64,000 bases of DNA from Parachlamydiales bacterium (GCA_050302075.1 JBNLAH010000002.1:160001-224000), one strand, 5' to 3'. Positions 40,088 through 53,966 are shown, counted from the stretch's first letter. Numbers and translations: made by a program. Notes: generated from the letters alone by a model not told the origin.

Positions 40088-41775
40088 AGGGTCTCTTTTA
40101 GTGAATTATCTATTGTTTTTCTTAAAAAACGGCAGCAAGTTGCGTCAACTTTTAGCTCAATTATTTGAGTATTTTGAAAGGTAATTGATTCGAGATGCTT
40201 TTTTAAACTTTGACTTGAACTTATGCAGTAGTACTCGATTGAAAAAAACTCAGCAATTTTTGAAAAGTTTAAGTTATGAGGTGTTTTAAAGAACTTGTCA
40301 AAATACATTTGAAAATTAACAACTGGAAGTTGAGAGAAAATCTCACCTCCATTGTTGTTTATAACAAACAATGTAATTGGGTTTTTTTGTGATTTTAATA
40401 ATGGAATTGAGTTTAAATCATGTAAAAAAGTCAAATCACCAAGTATAGCCACCATAGGAGTGTTTGTCTGGCTTGTGATTCCTGAAAGAGTGGCTATATT
40501 TCCGTCAATTCCCGAAACACCGCGATTTGCAAATATCTTGCTATTTTGATTATCAGGAAAGAAAAGGGTATTTGCATCACGAATAATAGAGCTATTTCCT
40601 AAAAATACTGAGCACTCCGATAGTTTGAGACTGTTAAAAAGTTGATAAAGTAACTGTTCTGATAATGGCTTATATTTAGATATTTGATTATTTATTTCTT
40701 CATGAACTATTAAATCTAGCTCTTTGACTTTAGCAAGTAAGTCATTTTGTTTTTTACACACCCTCTTTGAAAGCTGTTCGACAAAAGGCTTTAATGGAGT
40801 AATTATACGGTCAGATATCAAATGAAACTCATCTGACTTTTTACTGTGTTCAGTTATCAGAAAATAATTTTTTAGCGATGCTTTGCTTAGCCAATTTAGG
40901 ATTTTCTTTGAAATAATTCGCTCTCCAAACTGTAAGACACAATCTAAATCTCTAAACTGATCAGGGAAAAATTCTAATAAGTATGGAAGATGATATAAAA
41001 ATGTATCTGGGGTATTAGAGATGTTAGCTCGTGAGAGCACTTCAATGTAAATAGGCCAGTTCAAAAGCTTAGCAGTTTCTATTATCTCGTTTATTGATTT
41101 TGAATCTGCTTTTGAAACTATTATCAGTCCTTTTTGGCATTTATTAATTTTTTGGATTACATTTTCAGCTAATTGCTCACTAAAAGTGTTTTTAAGTGGA
41201 AAATAGTCAATAGTTGGAATAGGACTTATATTATTGTTTTGAGGGACTGAATAAAGAGGCTCTTTAAACCTGCAATTAATATGTATTGGGTAATTGGTTG
41301 ATTTAAACACCCCATATGAGATTACTGATCTTATGTAATTTACACTAACTGAGCTTGATGGAGAGATGTCAGTTTGCCATTTAACAAAGCCCTGAAATAT
41401 CTTGGCTTGATCGATTGTTTGATTAGCCTCACAGTCTTGAAGTTCCATTGGTCTATCTGCTGTAATTATTATTAGAGGAAGGTGACTCTGGCTTGCTTCC
41501 ATAATAGCTGGAAATAAGTTTCCAACTGCTGTACCTGAGGTGACTACAATAGCTGTCGGTTTTTTACTAGCCTTGGCAAATCCAAGCGCATAAAACCCAA
41601 GGCCTCTTTCATCAAAGTGAACATGAACTTTAATATCCTTTCGCTTAGCAATAGCTAGGGTGAGGGGAGAACTTCTAGATCCTGGAGCTATGCAAAAATT
41701 ATAGACTTTTTGCTTAACAAGTTGGTCTACTATATGAAATGCCCATTCATCATTTGTAAGTTCAATAGAACTCAT
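40042..41775 (-). CDS. menD: SEPHCHC synthase
   Basis: APGSRSSPL, DERG, TSGTA, TADRP, NRGVSGIDG, GDLTFLHDLN, NNNGG. Confidence 0.97.
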   Translation of the reverse strand: MSSIELTNDEWAFHIVDQLVKQKVYNFCIAPGSRSSPLTLAIAKRKDIKVHVHFDERGLGFYALGFAKASKKPTAIVVTSGTAVGNLFPAIMEASQSHLPLIIITADRPMELQDCEANQTIDQAKIFQGFVKWQTDISPSSSVSVNYIRSVISYGVFKSTNYPIHINCRFKEPLYSVPQNNNISPIPTIDYFPLKNTFSEQLAENVIQKINKCQKGLIIVSKADSKSINEIIETAKLLNWPIYIEVLSRANISNTPDTFLYHLPYLLEFFPDQFRDLDCVLQFGERIISKKILNWLSKASLKNYFLITEHSKKSDEFHLISDRIITPLKPFVEQLSKRVCKKQNDLLAKVKELDLIVHEEINNQISKYKPLSEQLLYQLFNSLKLSECSVFLGNSSIIRDANTLFFPDNQNSKIFANRGVSGIDGNIATLSGITSQTNTPMVAILGDLTFLHDLNSIPLLKSQKNPITLFVINNNGGEIFSQLPVVNFQMYFDKFFKTPHNLNFSKIAEFFSIEYYCISSSQSLKKHLESITFQNTQIIELKVDATCCRFLRKTIDNSLKETLCFPTKNMEALKTSP

Positions 41776-42893
41776 TAAATAACCTCAAAAATCCAGTTGG
41801 ACTTGTTTTCTAACTCTTTCCATTCATCTTGCGGGTTTGAAGAGTCTACAATACCAGTTCCTGCAAATACATCGATTTGATTTTTTTTTACGAGACAAGA
41901 TCTTATTCCAACAGCAAACTCTGAAAAAAAACGAGAAGCTCTTCCGATTGGTGCTGCGTAAAAATTTCGATTAAACGGTTCCATTTTTTGTATAAGATCC
42001 AAAGCTTGTTTCTTTGGGAATCCTCCTACAGCTGGAGTTGGATGAAAAAGATTTATCAATTCTTTACAATTATAATCATTCTTTAGCATTCCTATAAATT
42101 TCACATATAAATGTTGAACCCAATTAGTCTTGCAGATATTTATTTTAGAAGTTTTATAATCAAAGCATATTTTTTCATAAATAGATTTAATGTGGTTTTT
42201 TACATACTCAAATTCTTTAAGTTCTTTTTTACTTGTAAGTAGCTCATTTCTCAAACTTAAATCATGAGATTCATTTTTACCCCTTTTTCTGGTTCCAGCT
42301 ACTGATTCACTTATAATTTTTTGATCTTTTTTGACAAAAAGAGTTTCTGGGGATGATCCTAAAAAGGCCTCACAGGGGGTTGGTTGGTAGAAAAAAAGAA
42401 ATGAATCTTCGCTTTTTTTTCTAAGTTTCGAAAGAATGCTTAGTGCATTTACTTCATCTTTCATAAAGACAGTCTGCTTTCGAGCAAGGACTACTTTTTC
42501 TATCATTTTTTTAGCTTTAGTAATTGACGTATCCCACATCTTGAAGTCTGGTATGTATGAAAATGACTGGAGTTGGTTTTCCTTTAGCTTGTATAGAGAA
42601 CTTTCCTCTGGATAAGGCTCTTTATTTGAGATGATTAAAGCTTCATCAGGAAATCTATGCAGTTCAAAATCTGGAATCCAAACTCGAGATTTGCTTGGAT
42701 CTAAGTCAAAGCTCAAAACAACGTTAACAGCACTTTTATGATCTTCTATTTGCTCCAGACTAGTCTCAAGGGCTGATCCAATCGTCGCAATTTCACATTT
42801 AGACCCTTTCGCCTTCCAAAAGAACTTAGGATATAGATCATAAGAGCGTAACCATTTAATGGGATCTATTGGCCCATGCTTTTGGACTTTCAT
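41775..42893 (-). CDS. menF: isochorismate synthase
   Basis: SSPE, VAGT, QHL, HPTPAVGG, IRS, AGTGIV. Confidence 0.92.
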   Translation of the reverse strand: MKVQKHGPIDPIKWLRSYDLYPKFFWKAKGSKCEIATIGSALETSLEQIEDHKSAVNVVLSFDLDPSKSRVWIPDFELHRFPDEALIISNKEPYPEESSLYKLKENQLQSFSYIPDFKMWDTSITKAKKMIEKVVLARKQTVFMKDEVNALSILSKLRKKSEDSFLFFYQPTPCEAFLGSSPETLFVKKDQKIISESVAGTRKRGKNESHDLSLRNELLTSKKELKEFEYVKNHIKSIYEKICFDYKTSKINICKTNWVQHLYVKFIGMLKNDYNCKELINLFHPTPAVGGFPKKQALDLIQKMEPFNRNFYAAPIGRASRFFSEFAVGIRSCLVKKNQIDVFAGTGIVDSSNPQDEWKELENKSNWIFEVI

Positions 42894-43588
42894 TTTTCGC
42901 CTATATAAAGCATTACTGATCCAAAATTTAAGGGATAGGCTTTAACAGACTTAAATGGAAATTTTCGCATAATATCACAAAATTTTTCGCCAAATGGAAA
43001 TGATTCTATTGTTTTATTCAAATACGAGTAAGCTGAAAAATTTTTCGACAACAGTCCTCCTACAATCGGCAAAATATGTCTCAAATAAGTGAGGTGAAAA
43101 AACTTAATTATTGGATTTTTAGGAATTCCAAACTCTAAAATCATCAGCTTTCCATCAGCTTTTAATACACGGTTCATCTCAAATATGCTTTTTTCAACAT
43201 CAGCTACGTTTCTTATTCCAAAAGAACAACTGACCACATCAAAGCTCTCATTTGAGTAGGGGATACTCTCAGCACTCGCAACCTCAAATGTGACATTTTC
43301 AGTATTTTTCAGTTTTTCCTTTGCAACCAAAAGCATCTCATTTGACAGATCTATCCCGGTAAGCTGTTTTACTTTATAAGACTTTAAAAGAGCTATTATC
43401 TGATCTCCTGATCCAGTTGCAACATCTAAAATTGAGAGGTCACTTTTTAGTGGGAGATGATCAATTAATTTTTTTCTCCACCTCATGTCGTTTCCAAATG
43501 AAAGAACACGATTAATTAAATCATACCTACTAGAGATCTTATCAAATATTTTCCAGCTGTTTTGTTTATCTTCTATTAATTTGTTCAT
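42890..43588 (-). CDS. menG: demethylmenaquinone methyltransferase (UbiE/MenG)
   Basis: YDLINRVLSFG, LDVATGSGD, FGIRNV, AYSYL. Confidence 0.95.
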   Translation of the reverse strand: MNKLIEDKQNSWKIFDKISSRYDLINRVLSFGNDMRWRKKLIDHLPLKSDLSILDVATGSGDQIIALLKSYKVKQLTGIDLSNEMLLVAKEKLKNTENVTFEVASAESIPYSNESFDVVSCSFGIRNVADVEKSIFEMNRVLKADGKLMILEFGIPKNPIIKFFHLTYLRHILPIVGGLLSKNFSAYSYLNKTIESFPFGEKFCDIMRKFPFKSVKAYPLNFGSVMLYIGEK

Positions 43589-43784
43589 ATAAGTGAAAAG
43601 TTCAACTGCATTTTTTTAACAAAATTCATCTAAGGCTTCAACAAAGTTTTCATGAAAACTGAATTGATGTCTAAAAATATATATTATTTTAAAGTAGATC
43701 AGCTTGCTATTTTTTCCAAAGTGGATTCTTTGCTTTAAAATTTTAGAATGTTTCTTCAAAATTTTGTATTTTTTTGCATAGATT

Positions 43785-43871
43785 TTACTTGCTACATTTT
43801 GGACAAGCGAAAGCTACTGTGTGCCAAGTTCCGCAAGTTTTGTACTGGACCATCGCAGGAAAGTTACTCAT
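43785..43871 (-). other. small Cys-rich ORF or 3' remnant of a decayed gene
   Basis: MSNFPAMVQYKTCGTWHTVAFACPKCSK*. Confidence 0.3.
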
Positions 43872-44204
43872 ATTTTGCCATTATTTACTATTTAATGTCT
43901 GGAGCTTTAGAGAGGATAAAATTTGGATGGTCGCTTGGATTTGTTTTATAAGCGTTCCTTCCACCCATGTTTTTAAAATTATTAGATCTTATAGGAAATC
44001 ACAAAAAATTTTATTGTCAAAAGAGAATAATTTATTAATAAAACAATGAGACTTGCTTTTTAGTTTCATGTTTATTTTTCCTGTGTTAACCTATAACTCC
44101 AATAAATAATGTTAGTTCTTATCAAATATCTCTAAAAATTAACTGTTTTAAGGACTATATATAAGTATTTTGACTATTAAATTCCTTCGAATTTGAGGAG
44201 ATAT

Positions 44205-45632
44205 ATGAATACAGTCAAAGATCAAAGCTTAATTCCTTCTTCTCATTCGACAAAAGAGATTTTATCTGTCCTTGAAAAGGTTTTTCATGACCAGGACATA
44301 AAAATAAAAACGCCTGAGGTCATCAAGGTTGTAAATCAATTCTCAGCAATTGACTTGGGTTATGTCGCAGGCCATATTTCTTCGAATCACCGCCATCTAC
44401 TTTTTTCCAACTTGCCCACATGTGAGGATAAAATCCAATTTATTTTAAATACAGATAGTGAGACTAGGTCAACTTTGTTTGAACGTCTTTCAGATATAGA
44501 ACTTAAAAAATTATTTGAGGTAATGCCTTCAGATGAAGCTGTCTGGATTATGGAAGATATGAACGAAGAGAAGATCAAAAAGGTATTTAGTCTCATTTCT
44601 CAAAAAAAGGCATATAGAATCTTTGAACTTAAAAGGCATGCAATCAATAGCGCCGGGCGTTTAATGACCAGCGATTTCTTTGCTTTCACAATGGATACAT
44701 CGATTCAATCTGCTGTGGAGTTTATTCGAGATAATCCTGGCATTAATTTCAATAGGGGAGTCTTCATTGTTAATGAATCTAAAGAGATCATAGGATATGT
44801 TCCAGCTAGAAATTTGATTGTCAACCCTCCAGATACTCCTTTAAAAAGGGTAATAACTCCTGTAGTTCATAAAGTATCTCCAAATACTTCTAGAGAAGAG
44901 GTTATTGAGATAGTTGAGAAATATAAAATTTCATCGCTCCCAGTGGTAGATGGGAATAACATTTTACTAGGAGTTATAACTCACGAAGATGTCTTAGAAG
45001 CTGTAGAAGATAGCCAAGATGAAATATTTGCACACATTGCTGGAATAAATGATAATATTGACTATCAGAGTTCTCTTTGGAAACTTTTTTTTGCAAGGGC
45101 GCCTTGGCTTGTAGTTACGCTTATGGCAGGTTTGATTAATGTGTTTGTCATGTCCTTTTTTCAAAAGTATGAAGGAGGACTTTTAACTTTCGTTTTGTTC
45201 TTTGTTCCATTGATTACAGGCATGTCTGGTAATATTGGAATTCAGTCTAGTACTATTTTAGTCAGAAACCTAGCAGTTGGAAGTTTTTCGAATAGCACTA
45301 AAAAAGAAATGGTATTGAAAGAACTCACCACAGGAGTCTTTACTGGTCTTGTTTTTGGAATAAGTTGTGGTATTATAACATACTTGCTGAATAGTTACTT
45401 TGGAAATATTTTAAATATCAGTCCTCTAGCTGTTTCGATTATTGTTGGAGTAGGGCTTATTGGAGCTTGTTTTGCCGGTGCATTTTTAGGGGTTGTCTCT
45501 CCGCTGTTTTTTTCAAAAGTAGGAATTGATCCGGCGGTTTCTTCTGGTCCTATTGTAACAGCTTTCAATGACAGTTTCTCGATGGTGATATATTTTTTAA
45601 TAGCTTGGTTAATAAGTAATATATTTTTTTGA
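44205..45632 (+). CDS. mgtE: magnesium transporter
   Basis: SAGRLMT, CBS pair, RAPWL, GMSGNIGIQS, DPAVSSGPIVT; ATG 44205 after GAGGAG. Confidence 0.96.
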   Translation: MNTVKDQSLIPSSHSTKEILSVLEKVFHDQDIKIKTPEVIKVVNQFSAIDLGYVAGHISSNHRHLLFSNLPTCEDKIQFILNTDSETRSTLFERLSDIELKKLFEVMPSDEAVWIMEDMNEEKIKKVFSLISQKKAYRIFELKRHAINSAGRLMTSDFFAFTMDTSIQSAVEFIRDNPGINFNRGVFIVNESKEIIGYVPARNLIVNPPDTPLKRVITPVVHKVSPNTSREEVIEIVEKYKISSLPVVDGNNILLGVITHEDVLEAVEDSQDEIFAHIAGINDNIDYQSSLWKLFFARAPWLVVTLMAGLINVFVMSFFQKYEGGLLTFVLFFVPLITGMSGNIGIQSSTILVRNLAVGSFSNSTKKEMVLKELTTGVFTGLVFGISCGIITYLLNSYFGNILNISPLAVSIIVGVGLIGACFAGAFLGVVSPLFFSKVGIDPAVSSGPIVTAFNDSFSMVIYFLIAWLISNIFF

Positions 45633-45696
45633 AAAGACTTGATCTTTTGAATATGCTAAAATATATTGCAAATGGGGAGTTTTTTTTGGCATTGTA

Positions 45697-46032
45697 ATGA
45701 ATGATTTTAGAAGGTATAATAAAAAGCTAAGTAAAACAGACAGAACTTTCTATGACATAAAAAGCTTGCTTCCAAGCTTTCTCAGTAGATTTGAAAAAAA
45801 ACAAAGAAACTATCCTAAAGAAATTTTTGAAAAGTGGCCTGAAATTATTGGAGAAAAGTTCGCTAAATGGACAAAGCCGGTTTCTTTTGAAAATAGAGTT
45901 TTGAAGATTAAAGTTATTAGCTCAGCGTTATATAGTCTGTTAGTTAATTATGAAAAAAAAAGATTACTCAAGGTGCTTCAAAATGACTTTCCAGAAGCAT
46001 CAATTAGAGAAATTAAGTTTATCATTGGTTAG
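45697..46032 (+). CDS. DUF721/DciA-family protein
   Basis: WPEIIGEKFA...P...LKIKV; typical position upstream of gyrB. Confidence 0.8.
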   Translation: MNDFRRYNKKLSKTDRTFYDIKSLLPSFLSRFEKKQRNYPKEIFEKWPEIIGEKFAKWTKPVSFENRVLKIKVISSALYSLLVNYEKKRLLKVLQNDFPEASIREIKFIIG

Positions 46033-46042
46033 AAAAATTTAA

Positions 46043-48547
<2,505 letters not shown>

Positions 48548-48562
48548 GAGTAGAAAAAGACT

Positions 48563-51013
48563 ATGAGTTTTACTGAAAATGAAGCAATAGTGCCTCGCAA
48601 TGTTGAAGATGAGATGAAAGAGAGTTATCTAAGATACTCTATGTCTGTCATCATCTCTCGAGCTCTACCAGATGTTAGAGACGGTCTTAAACCATCTCAA
48701 AGAAGAATTTTATTTGCGATGCGTCAACTTGGATTAACGGCAGGATCGAAGCATAGAAAGTGCGCTAAGATTTCTGGTGACACATCTGGTGACTACCACC
48801 CTCATGGAGAAACAGTCATTTACCCAACATTAGTTAGGATGGCCCAAGAGTGGATGATGCGTTATAAGCTGGTAGACGGTCAAGGAAACTTCGGGTCAAT
48901 TGATGGTGACCCTCCGGCTGCTATGCGTTACACAGAAGCTAGACTTACTCATGCATCGATTGCATTAATGGAAGACCTTGATAAAGACACAGTCGATATG
49001 GCTCCAAACTATGATGAGACAAAAAAAGAGCCAATGGTCTTTCCTTCTAAGTTTCCAAATCTTTTATGTAATGGTTCTTCTGGAATTGCAGTTGGAATGG
49101 CAACAAACATCCCACCTCATAATCTGGGAGAATTAATTAGTGCAACTAAACTACTTTTAAAATCTTATGATATATCAATTGACGAGATTATGAAAGTATT
49201 GCCAGCTCCTGATTTTCCAACAGGTGGAATTATCTGTGGGCTTAGAGGGATAAAAGAAGCTTTTTATACAGGTCGTGGAAAGCTCATTCTAAGAGGCGTT
49301 ACTAGGGTTGAACAATTTGATAATAACCGTGAGAAGATAGTCGTAGATGAAATTCCTTACAATGTTAACAAAGCTAAGTTGATTGAAACTATAGCACAAT
49401 TAATCCAAGACAAAGTAATCACAGGTATTTCTGATATCAGAGATGAATCAGATAAAGATGGTCTAAGGATAGTAATGGAATTGAAGCGAGGAGAAATCCC
49501 AGATATTATCATTAACCAACTCTATAAATATTCTGATATGCAAGTTACATTCGGGTGTAACATGCTAGCTCTAGATAAAGGTCTTCCACGAACAATGAAT
49601 ATCAAGCAGATGATCATGGCATGGATTGATCATCGAATTGACGTAATAAGAAGAAGGACCCGCTTTGAGCTTAGAAAGGCTGAAGCTAGAGCTCATATTT
49701 TAGAAGGTTACTTAAAAGCTCTAGATCACTTAGACGAGATTATTAAAATTATTCGCTCTTCAGAAAACAAGGATGTAGCTAAGAAGGAATTAATTTCAAA
49801 TTTTTCATTTACTGAAAAGCAAGCAAATGCTGTTTTAGACTTGAGGTTATATCAACTTACCGGCCTTGAGAAAGAAAAGGTTGAAAATGAATACAAAGAG
49901 CTTCTTGAAAAGATTGCGCATTATAAAGCAATTTTGGCAAGTGAGCAGATGGTCAAAGACATCATCTCTGATGAGTTAGATGAACTAAAGAAAATCCATA
50001 AAACACCCCGCATGACTAAAATACAACAAGCAGAAGGTGATTTTAACATTGAGGATTTAATTGCAGATGAGCAAGTAGTTATTACAATATCCAATGATGA
50101 TTATATTAAGAGAATGCCAATCAATTCTTTCCGAGAGCAAAGAAGGGGAGGGCACGGTGTTATTGGATTAGATATGAAAAAAGAGACAGATAGCTTGAAA
50201 GAGCTTTATGTCGCATCAACCCATGATCATCTGTTAGTTTTCACAACTCTTGGAAGGTGCTACTGGCTTAAAGCTTGGCAAATTCCTGAGGCAGGACGAA
50301 GGACAAAAGGTAGGCCGATTGTCAATCTTTTAGAAGACCTACAAAAAAGTGAAAAGCTGTCTGCAGTAGTTAAAGTTAAAAACTTTGATGAAGAGGGAAA
50401 ATACATTTTACTTACCACCCGTAAGGGGGTTGTCAAAAAGACCGATATTTCCGCATACAGTAAGCCTCGAAAAAAGGGTGTTTTCGGCATCAATATAGAT
50501 GAAGATGACGAGTTGATCTCAGCGAGACTAGTTGATGACACGCAACAAGTGATGTTATTTACTAAAAATGGAATGGCAGTTCGTTTTGATTCTATGATTG
50601 TAAGACCGATTGGTAGAGTGGCAAGAGGTGTTAAAGGTGTTACCTTAAAAGGTGCTGATGACTTTGTTGTAGCGTGTGTCGTAGTCCAAGATGAAGCCGA
50701 GTCAATCTTAGTCGTTTGTGAGAACGGGTATGGAAAAAGGTCGAAAGTAATGAATTTTAGACAGACAAATCGCGGTGGCGTAGGCGTGAGATCAATTATT
50801 ACTTCTAAGCGTAATGGTTTTGTTGTTGATGCTATTAATGTGAAAAATGATGATAGCGTAATCTTCATGTCAATGCTAGGTCAGTCAATTAGGATTTCTA
50901 TGAATGATGTTAGAGTTATGGGCAGATCTACTCAAGGAGTGCGATTAGTCCACCTTAGACCAGATGATAGAGTATTAGGAATCCAAAAAATTGATTCTGA
51001 ATCATTAGTATAA
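48563..51013 (+). CDS. gyrA: DNA gyrase subunit A
   Basis: YHPHG, AAMRYTE, GyrA-box QRRGGHG. Confidence 0.99.
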   Translation: MSFTENEAIVPRNVEDEMKESYLRYSMSVIISRALPDVRDGLKPSQRRILFAMRQLGLTAGSKHRKCAKISGDTSGDYHPHGETVIYPTLVRMAQEWMMRYKLVDGQGNFGSIDGDPPAAMRYTEARLTHASIALMEDLDKDTVDMAPNYDETKKEPMVFPSKFPNLLCNGSSGIAVGMATNIPPHNLGELISATKLLLKSYDISIDEIMKVLPAPDFPTGGIICGLRGIKEAFYTGRGKLILRGVTRVEQFDNNREKIVVDEIPYNVNKAKLIETIAQLIQDKVITGISDIRDESDKDGLRIVMELKRGEIPDIIINQLYKYSDMQVTFGCNMLALDKGLPRTMNIKQMIMAWIDHRIDVIRRRTRFELRKAEARAHILEGYLKALDHLDEIIKIIRSSENKDVAKKELISNFSFTEKQANAVLDLRLYQLTGLEKEKVENEYKELLEKIAHYKAILASEQMVKDIISDELDELKKIHKTPRMTKIQQAEGDFNIEDLIADEQVVITISNDDYIKRMPINSFREQRRGGHGVIGLDMKKETDSLKELYVASTHDHLLVFTTLGRCYWLKAWQIPEAGRRTKGRPIVNLLEDLQKSEKLSAVVKVKNFDEEGKYILLTTRKGVVKKTDISAYSKPRKKGVFGINIDEDDELISARLVDDTQQVMLFTKNGMAVRFDSMIVRPIGRVARGVKGVTLKGADDFVVACVVVQDEAESILVVCENGYGKRSKVMNFRQTNRGGVGVRSIITSKRNGFVVDAINVKNDDSVIFMSMLGQSIRISMNDVRVMGRSTQGVRLVHLRPDDRVLGIQKIDSESLV

Positions 51014-51016
51014 TAT

Positions 51017-51628
51017 ATGCCCAAAGGACTATTTATAAGTTTTGAAGGTGGTGAGGGTGCTGGTAAAACAACCCTCATCAATTCTTTATATAAAAAATTA
51101 GTCGACCTAAACTATCAAGTTATAAAGACTTTTGAGCCCGGAGGGACAAAAGTTGGCGATAAAATTAGAGAAGTGTTGCTTTTTTCAAGCGACGTTTCTC
51201 CTCTTTGTGAGCTTGGGCTTTTTTTAGCATCGAGAGCAGAGCATGTTGCAAAAGTTATTAAGCCAGCTATTAATGAAGGAAAAATAGTTTTATGCGATCG
51301 CTTTTCAGATTCTACGGTTGCATATCAAGGAATTGCTAGAGATCTTGGGAAGAAAAAAGTAGAAGATCTTTGTCAAACTTTTTCTAGCTCCTTAAATCCA
51401 GATATCACCTTTTATTTAGATATAGATCCTAAACTAGGTCTTCAAAGACTTGGTAATACAGAGAAAGATCGCATAGAAAGTGAGAAAATAAACTTTCATA
51501 CAACTGTCAGAAAGGCTTTTTTACAGCTTGCCGAAGAATGCAAACGGATACACGTTTTAAACGCGGCAGAAGAGAAACCGAAAGTTCTAGAAAAAGCACT
51601 AAGTCTTATTTCCAATAACCTAATCTAA
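51017..51628 (+). CDS. tmk: thymidylate kinase
   Basis: FEGGEGAGKTT, EPGG, CDRF, AYQG. Confidence 0.97.
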   Translation: MPKGLFISFEGGEGAGKTTLINSLYKKLVDLNYQVIKTFEPGGTKVGDKIREVLLFSSDVSPLCELGLFLASRAEHVAKVIKPAINEGKIVLCDRFSDSTVAYQGIARDLGKKKVEDLCQTFSSSLNPDITFYLDIDPKLGLQRLGNTEKDRIESEKINFHTTVRKAFLQLAEECKRIHVLNAAEEKPKVLEKALSLISNNLI

Positions 51629-51749
51629 CCTATTAATTTTAATTTTTAATATTAGTTATATTGTGCATAGCTATTTTTTTAATTAATTGTTTTTAATTCA
51701 TTGATTGTTATATACTTAACGTCATTTTTTTTAAAAAAGGCGTAAAAAC

Positions 51750-53030
51750 ATGACAATTAATCGATTATTAAATCAGGCAAATATTAGAGCTAATGATGAA
51801 GTAAGAAAAATGTTTACAGCAACTTTAGAATTAGATTTCCATGCGCTTCCAATTATGAATCAATCAAAACAAAATTTAAAAAATCCGTTAGATACAGATA
51901 TATTTGAGAGAATTGATAAAATTTACAGAAGGTTTATAAGACTTAGATCGGCAGCTCTTAGGTACTCATCCGCTTCACAATATGGAGTTTCACATTTGTA
52001 TCCACTTATGGAGAGAATTAGGATAAAAAATGTCTACTCTTCCTTTCGATCTACTTTGGATGACTTTCTAACATGCTATATTGTTGCATATCAACGTTTT
52101 AACCTTACTAAAAAAAATGAAACTTTTTGCGATTTTTTAGCTAAAAAGATGTCACTTAAAGCAAAATTAGATGATGATCACCAAAGGCTGGTTGTTAAAA
52201 AGGTTAAAGCTGGTTTAAGAGAAATATTTACCAAAGTGGGATATGATAGGCTTGGGTATTATTGGATTATTAGAGCTTTTAGGGTTTTGAGAGAAACTGT
52301 TGACAAATTTGAATCTAATCCAGATGTCATCACTGGAGAACAAATAGTTAATTCAGCTTTAGAGATATTATTTAAAAGAAATGAAATGGCCCCAGAGCAA
52401 ATTTCTCCTTTGTATCTAGATACACTAGCTGCAGCTTACTTTATATTAGAGAAGATTAAACATGAAAACCTAGATCAAAGTTTTATTCTTGATCATCAAG
52501 AACTTAAAAGTTTTGAACTTAATAATATAGATAGAAGATTGCAAAAGTGTGCTAATTTTCGTAGCTACATTCTTAATAAGAGACGATCTCAGCAGCTGCA
52601 TACTTTATTTGGATCTAACCTTCATGAAGAGATACAATCTATTAAAAAAGCGCTATTTAATTTTTTTGGTGAGGAAGTAGAAAAAGAAGATCTGATCTGG
52701 ATTTCAAGAGCTGATAGAGTCTTAAAAGCAGACTTAGATGATACAGATTCAACAAATTTAGATATTTTAAGCTCATCTCATAAAGTACTTAAGAAATTGA
52801 GGTCAATAACAAAAGAAGATATTACCGATGATTTCCTTTATACTTTATCAGCTGCTGTTATTTTTTTAGGCAAAAAAGGAGTTATAATACCAGATGAAGT
52901 TCAGAATTTCTTAGGTAGACTACTTAATGATATTGAAAATTTAGACTCTTTGTCCAAAGAAAGTAAGGAAGTATGCTTAGGGGAGTTGAAAAAATTATAT
53001 ACACCTCAGGTGGTGGATGAAGTCAGCTAA
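51750..53030 (+). CDS. hypothetical protein, orphan family B member 1 (two copies of the domain)
   Basis: WIIRAFRVL...YLDTLAAA and WISRADRVL...FLYTLSAA. Confidence 0.8.
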   Translation: MTINRLLNQANIRANDEVRKMFTATLELDFHALPIMNQSKQNLKNPLDTDIFERIDKIYRRFIRLRSAALRYSSASQYGVSHLYPLMERIRIKNVYSSFRSTLDDFLTCYIVAYQRFNLTKKNETFCDFLAKKMSLKAKLDDDHQRLVVKKVKAGLREIFTKVGYDRLGYYWIIRAFRVLRETVDKFESNPDVITGEQIVNSALEILFKRNEMAPEQISPLYLDTLAAAYFILEKIKHENLDQSFILDHQELKSFELNNIDRRLQKCANFRSYILNKRRSQQLHTLFGSNLHEEIQSIKKALFNFFGEEVEKEDLIWISRADRVLKADLDDTDSTNLDILSSSHKVLKKLRSITKEDITDDFLYTLSAAVIFLGKKGVIIPDEVQNFLGRLLNDIENLDSLSKESKEVCLGELKKLYTPQVVDEVS

Positions 53031-53105
53031 AGTAGATATAAATACTTTGTCTATCTATTAAGTTTTAAACTTGAAAAACTTAAGGGTAAGTGTCCGTATT
53101 GTTTG

Positions 53106-53139
53106 AAAAAGCAGCGCAAAAATTTTTTGTGCTGCTTTT
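53106..53139 (+). terminator. rho-independent terminator
   Basis: AAAAGCAGCGCAAA...TTTGTGCTGCTTTT hairpin. Confidence 0.7.
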
Positions 53140-53231
53140 GCTTTAATATTAAAAATCTTAATTTTTAGATTGATAGTTATAATTTTTAAAGATATTTTAT
53201 CGAAAATATTTTTTTAATGAGCTGGTGACTT

Positions 53232-53966
53232 ATGACATCAATCGAAAATAGTACCACATTAAGTTTAAATTTGTTGTTTAAAGATATTGGCAATATTAGG
53301 TCATTGCTTAATGTTGAAAAGGATAATATTTTTAATCCATTTATAAAATGCAATCTAGTGGAAAGAGTTGAAGCAATTTTCAACTGTTTTACTAAAGTCT
53401 CTTCTAAATATACTAAGTCTAGTAAATATATTGAGCTTAAACTTTCTTTAAATGACTTGCTAACTCAAGTCATTTTTTTTGGTATAGAAAAAGAAGAAGA
53501 CGTCCAATATTTTATTCAAATGAAAGATCAGCTTTTGACCAGTTGTGATAGTCTAAGCCAGTCAAATATATTAGCAACAATTAAACAAAAATTGATGAAG
53601 GCCTTTAAAGAGGAAGAATTAGAAGTAATATGGGCTATGAGAGCTTATCGTATATTAATTGAATCTTGTCGTGAGAGAAACAGCTTTTTTGAACTTAATC
53701 CAAGCGCAATATCAACATCTAAAATAGTTTTGTGTGCAAGAAATATTCTTTCAAAAGAAGGTAAAGCATCTTCCAAGGAACTGACCTCGAGACATTTTAA
53801 TGTGGTGGTTGCTTCAAAGTTGCTTTTAAACCGTTTAAACCCACGTTTATCAAGTAAACATTATTTTTCATTCAATAAACTAACTAAAAGTGGAGAGGAT
53901 ATATTTGGACTTAATGATCAAATCGCCTTTCTAAATTCTAATAATTCTAAGTTAGGCTTTATTTAA
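53232..53966 (+). CDS. hypothetical protein, orphan family B member 2
   Basis: LNDLL...WAMRAYRIL. Confidence 0.75.
   Translation: MTSIENSTTLSLNLLFKDIGNIRSLLNVEKDNIFNPFIKCNLVERVEAIFNCFTKVSSKYTKSSKYIELKLSLNDLLTQVIFFGIEKEEDVQYFIQMKDQLLTSCDSLSQSNILATIKQKLMKAFKEEELEVIWAMRAYRILIESCRERNSFFELNPSAISTSKIVLCARNILSKEGKASSKELTSRHFNVVVASKLLLNRLNPRLSSKHYFSFNKLTKSGEDIFGLNDQIAFLNSNNSKLGFI

Noticed and set aside
43748..44049. Plus-strand ORFs 43748-43951 and 43774-44049
   Set aside because: Mutually overlapping, no RBS or motifs; the minus strand looks more coding-like
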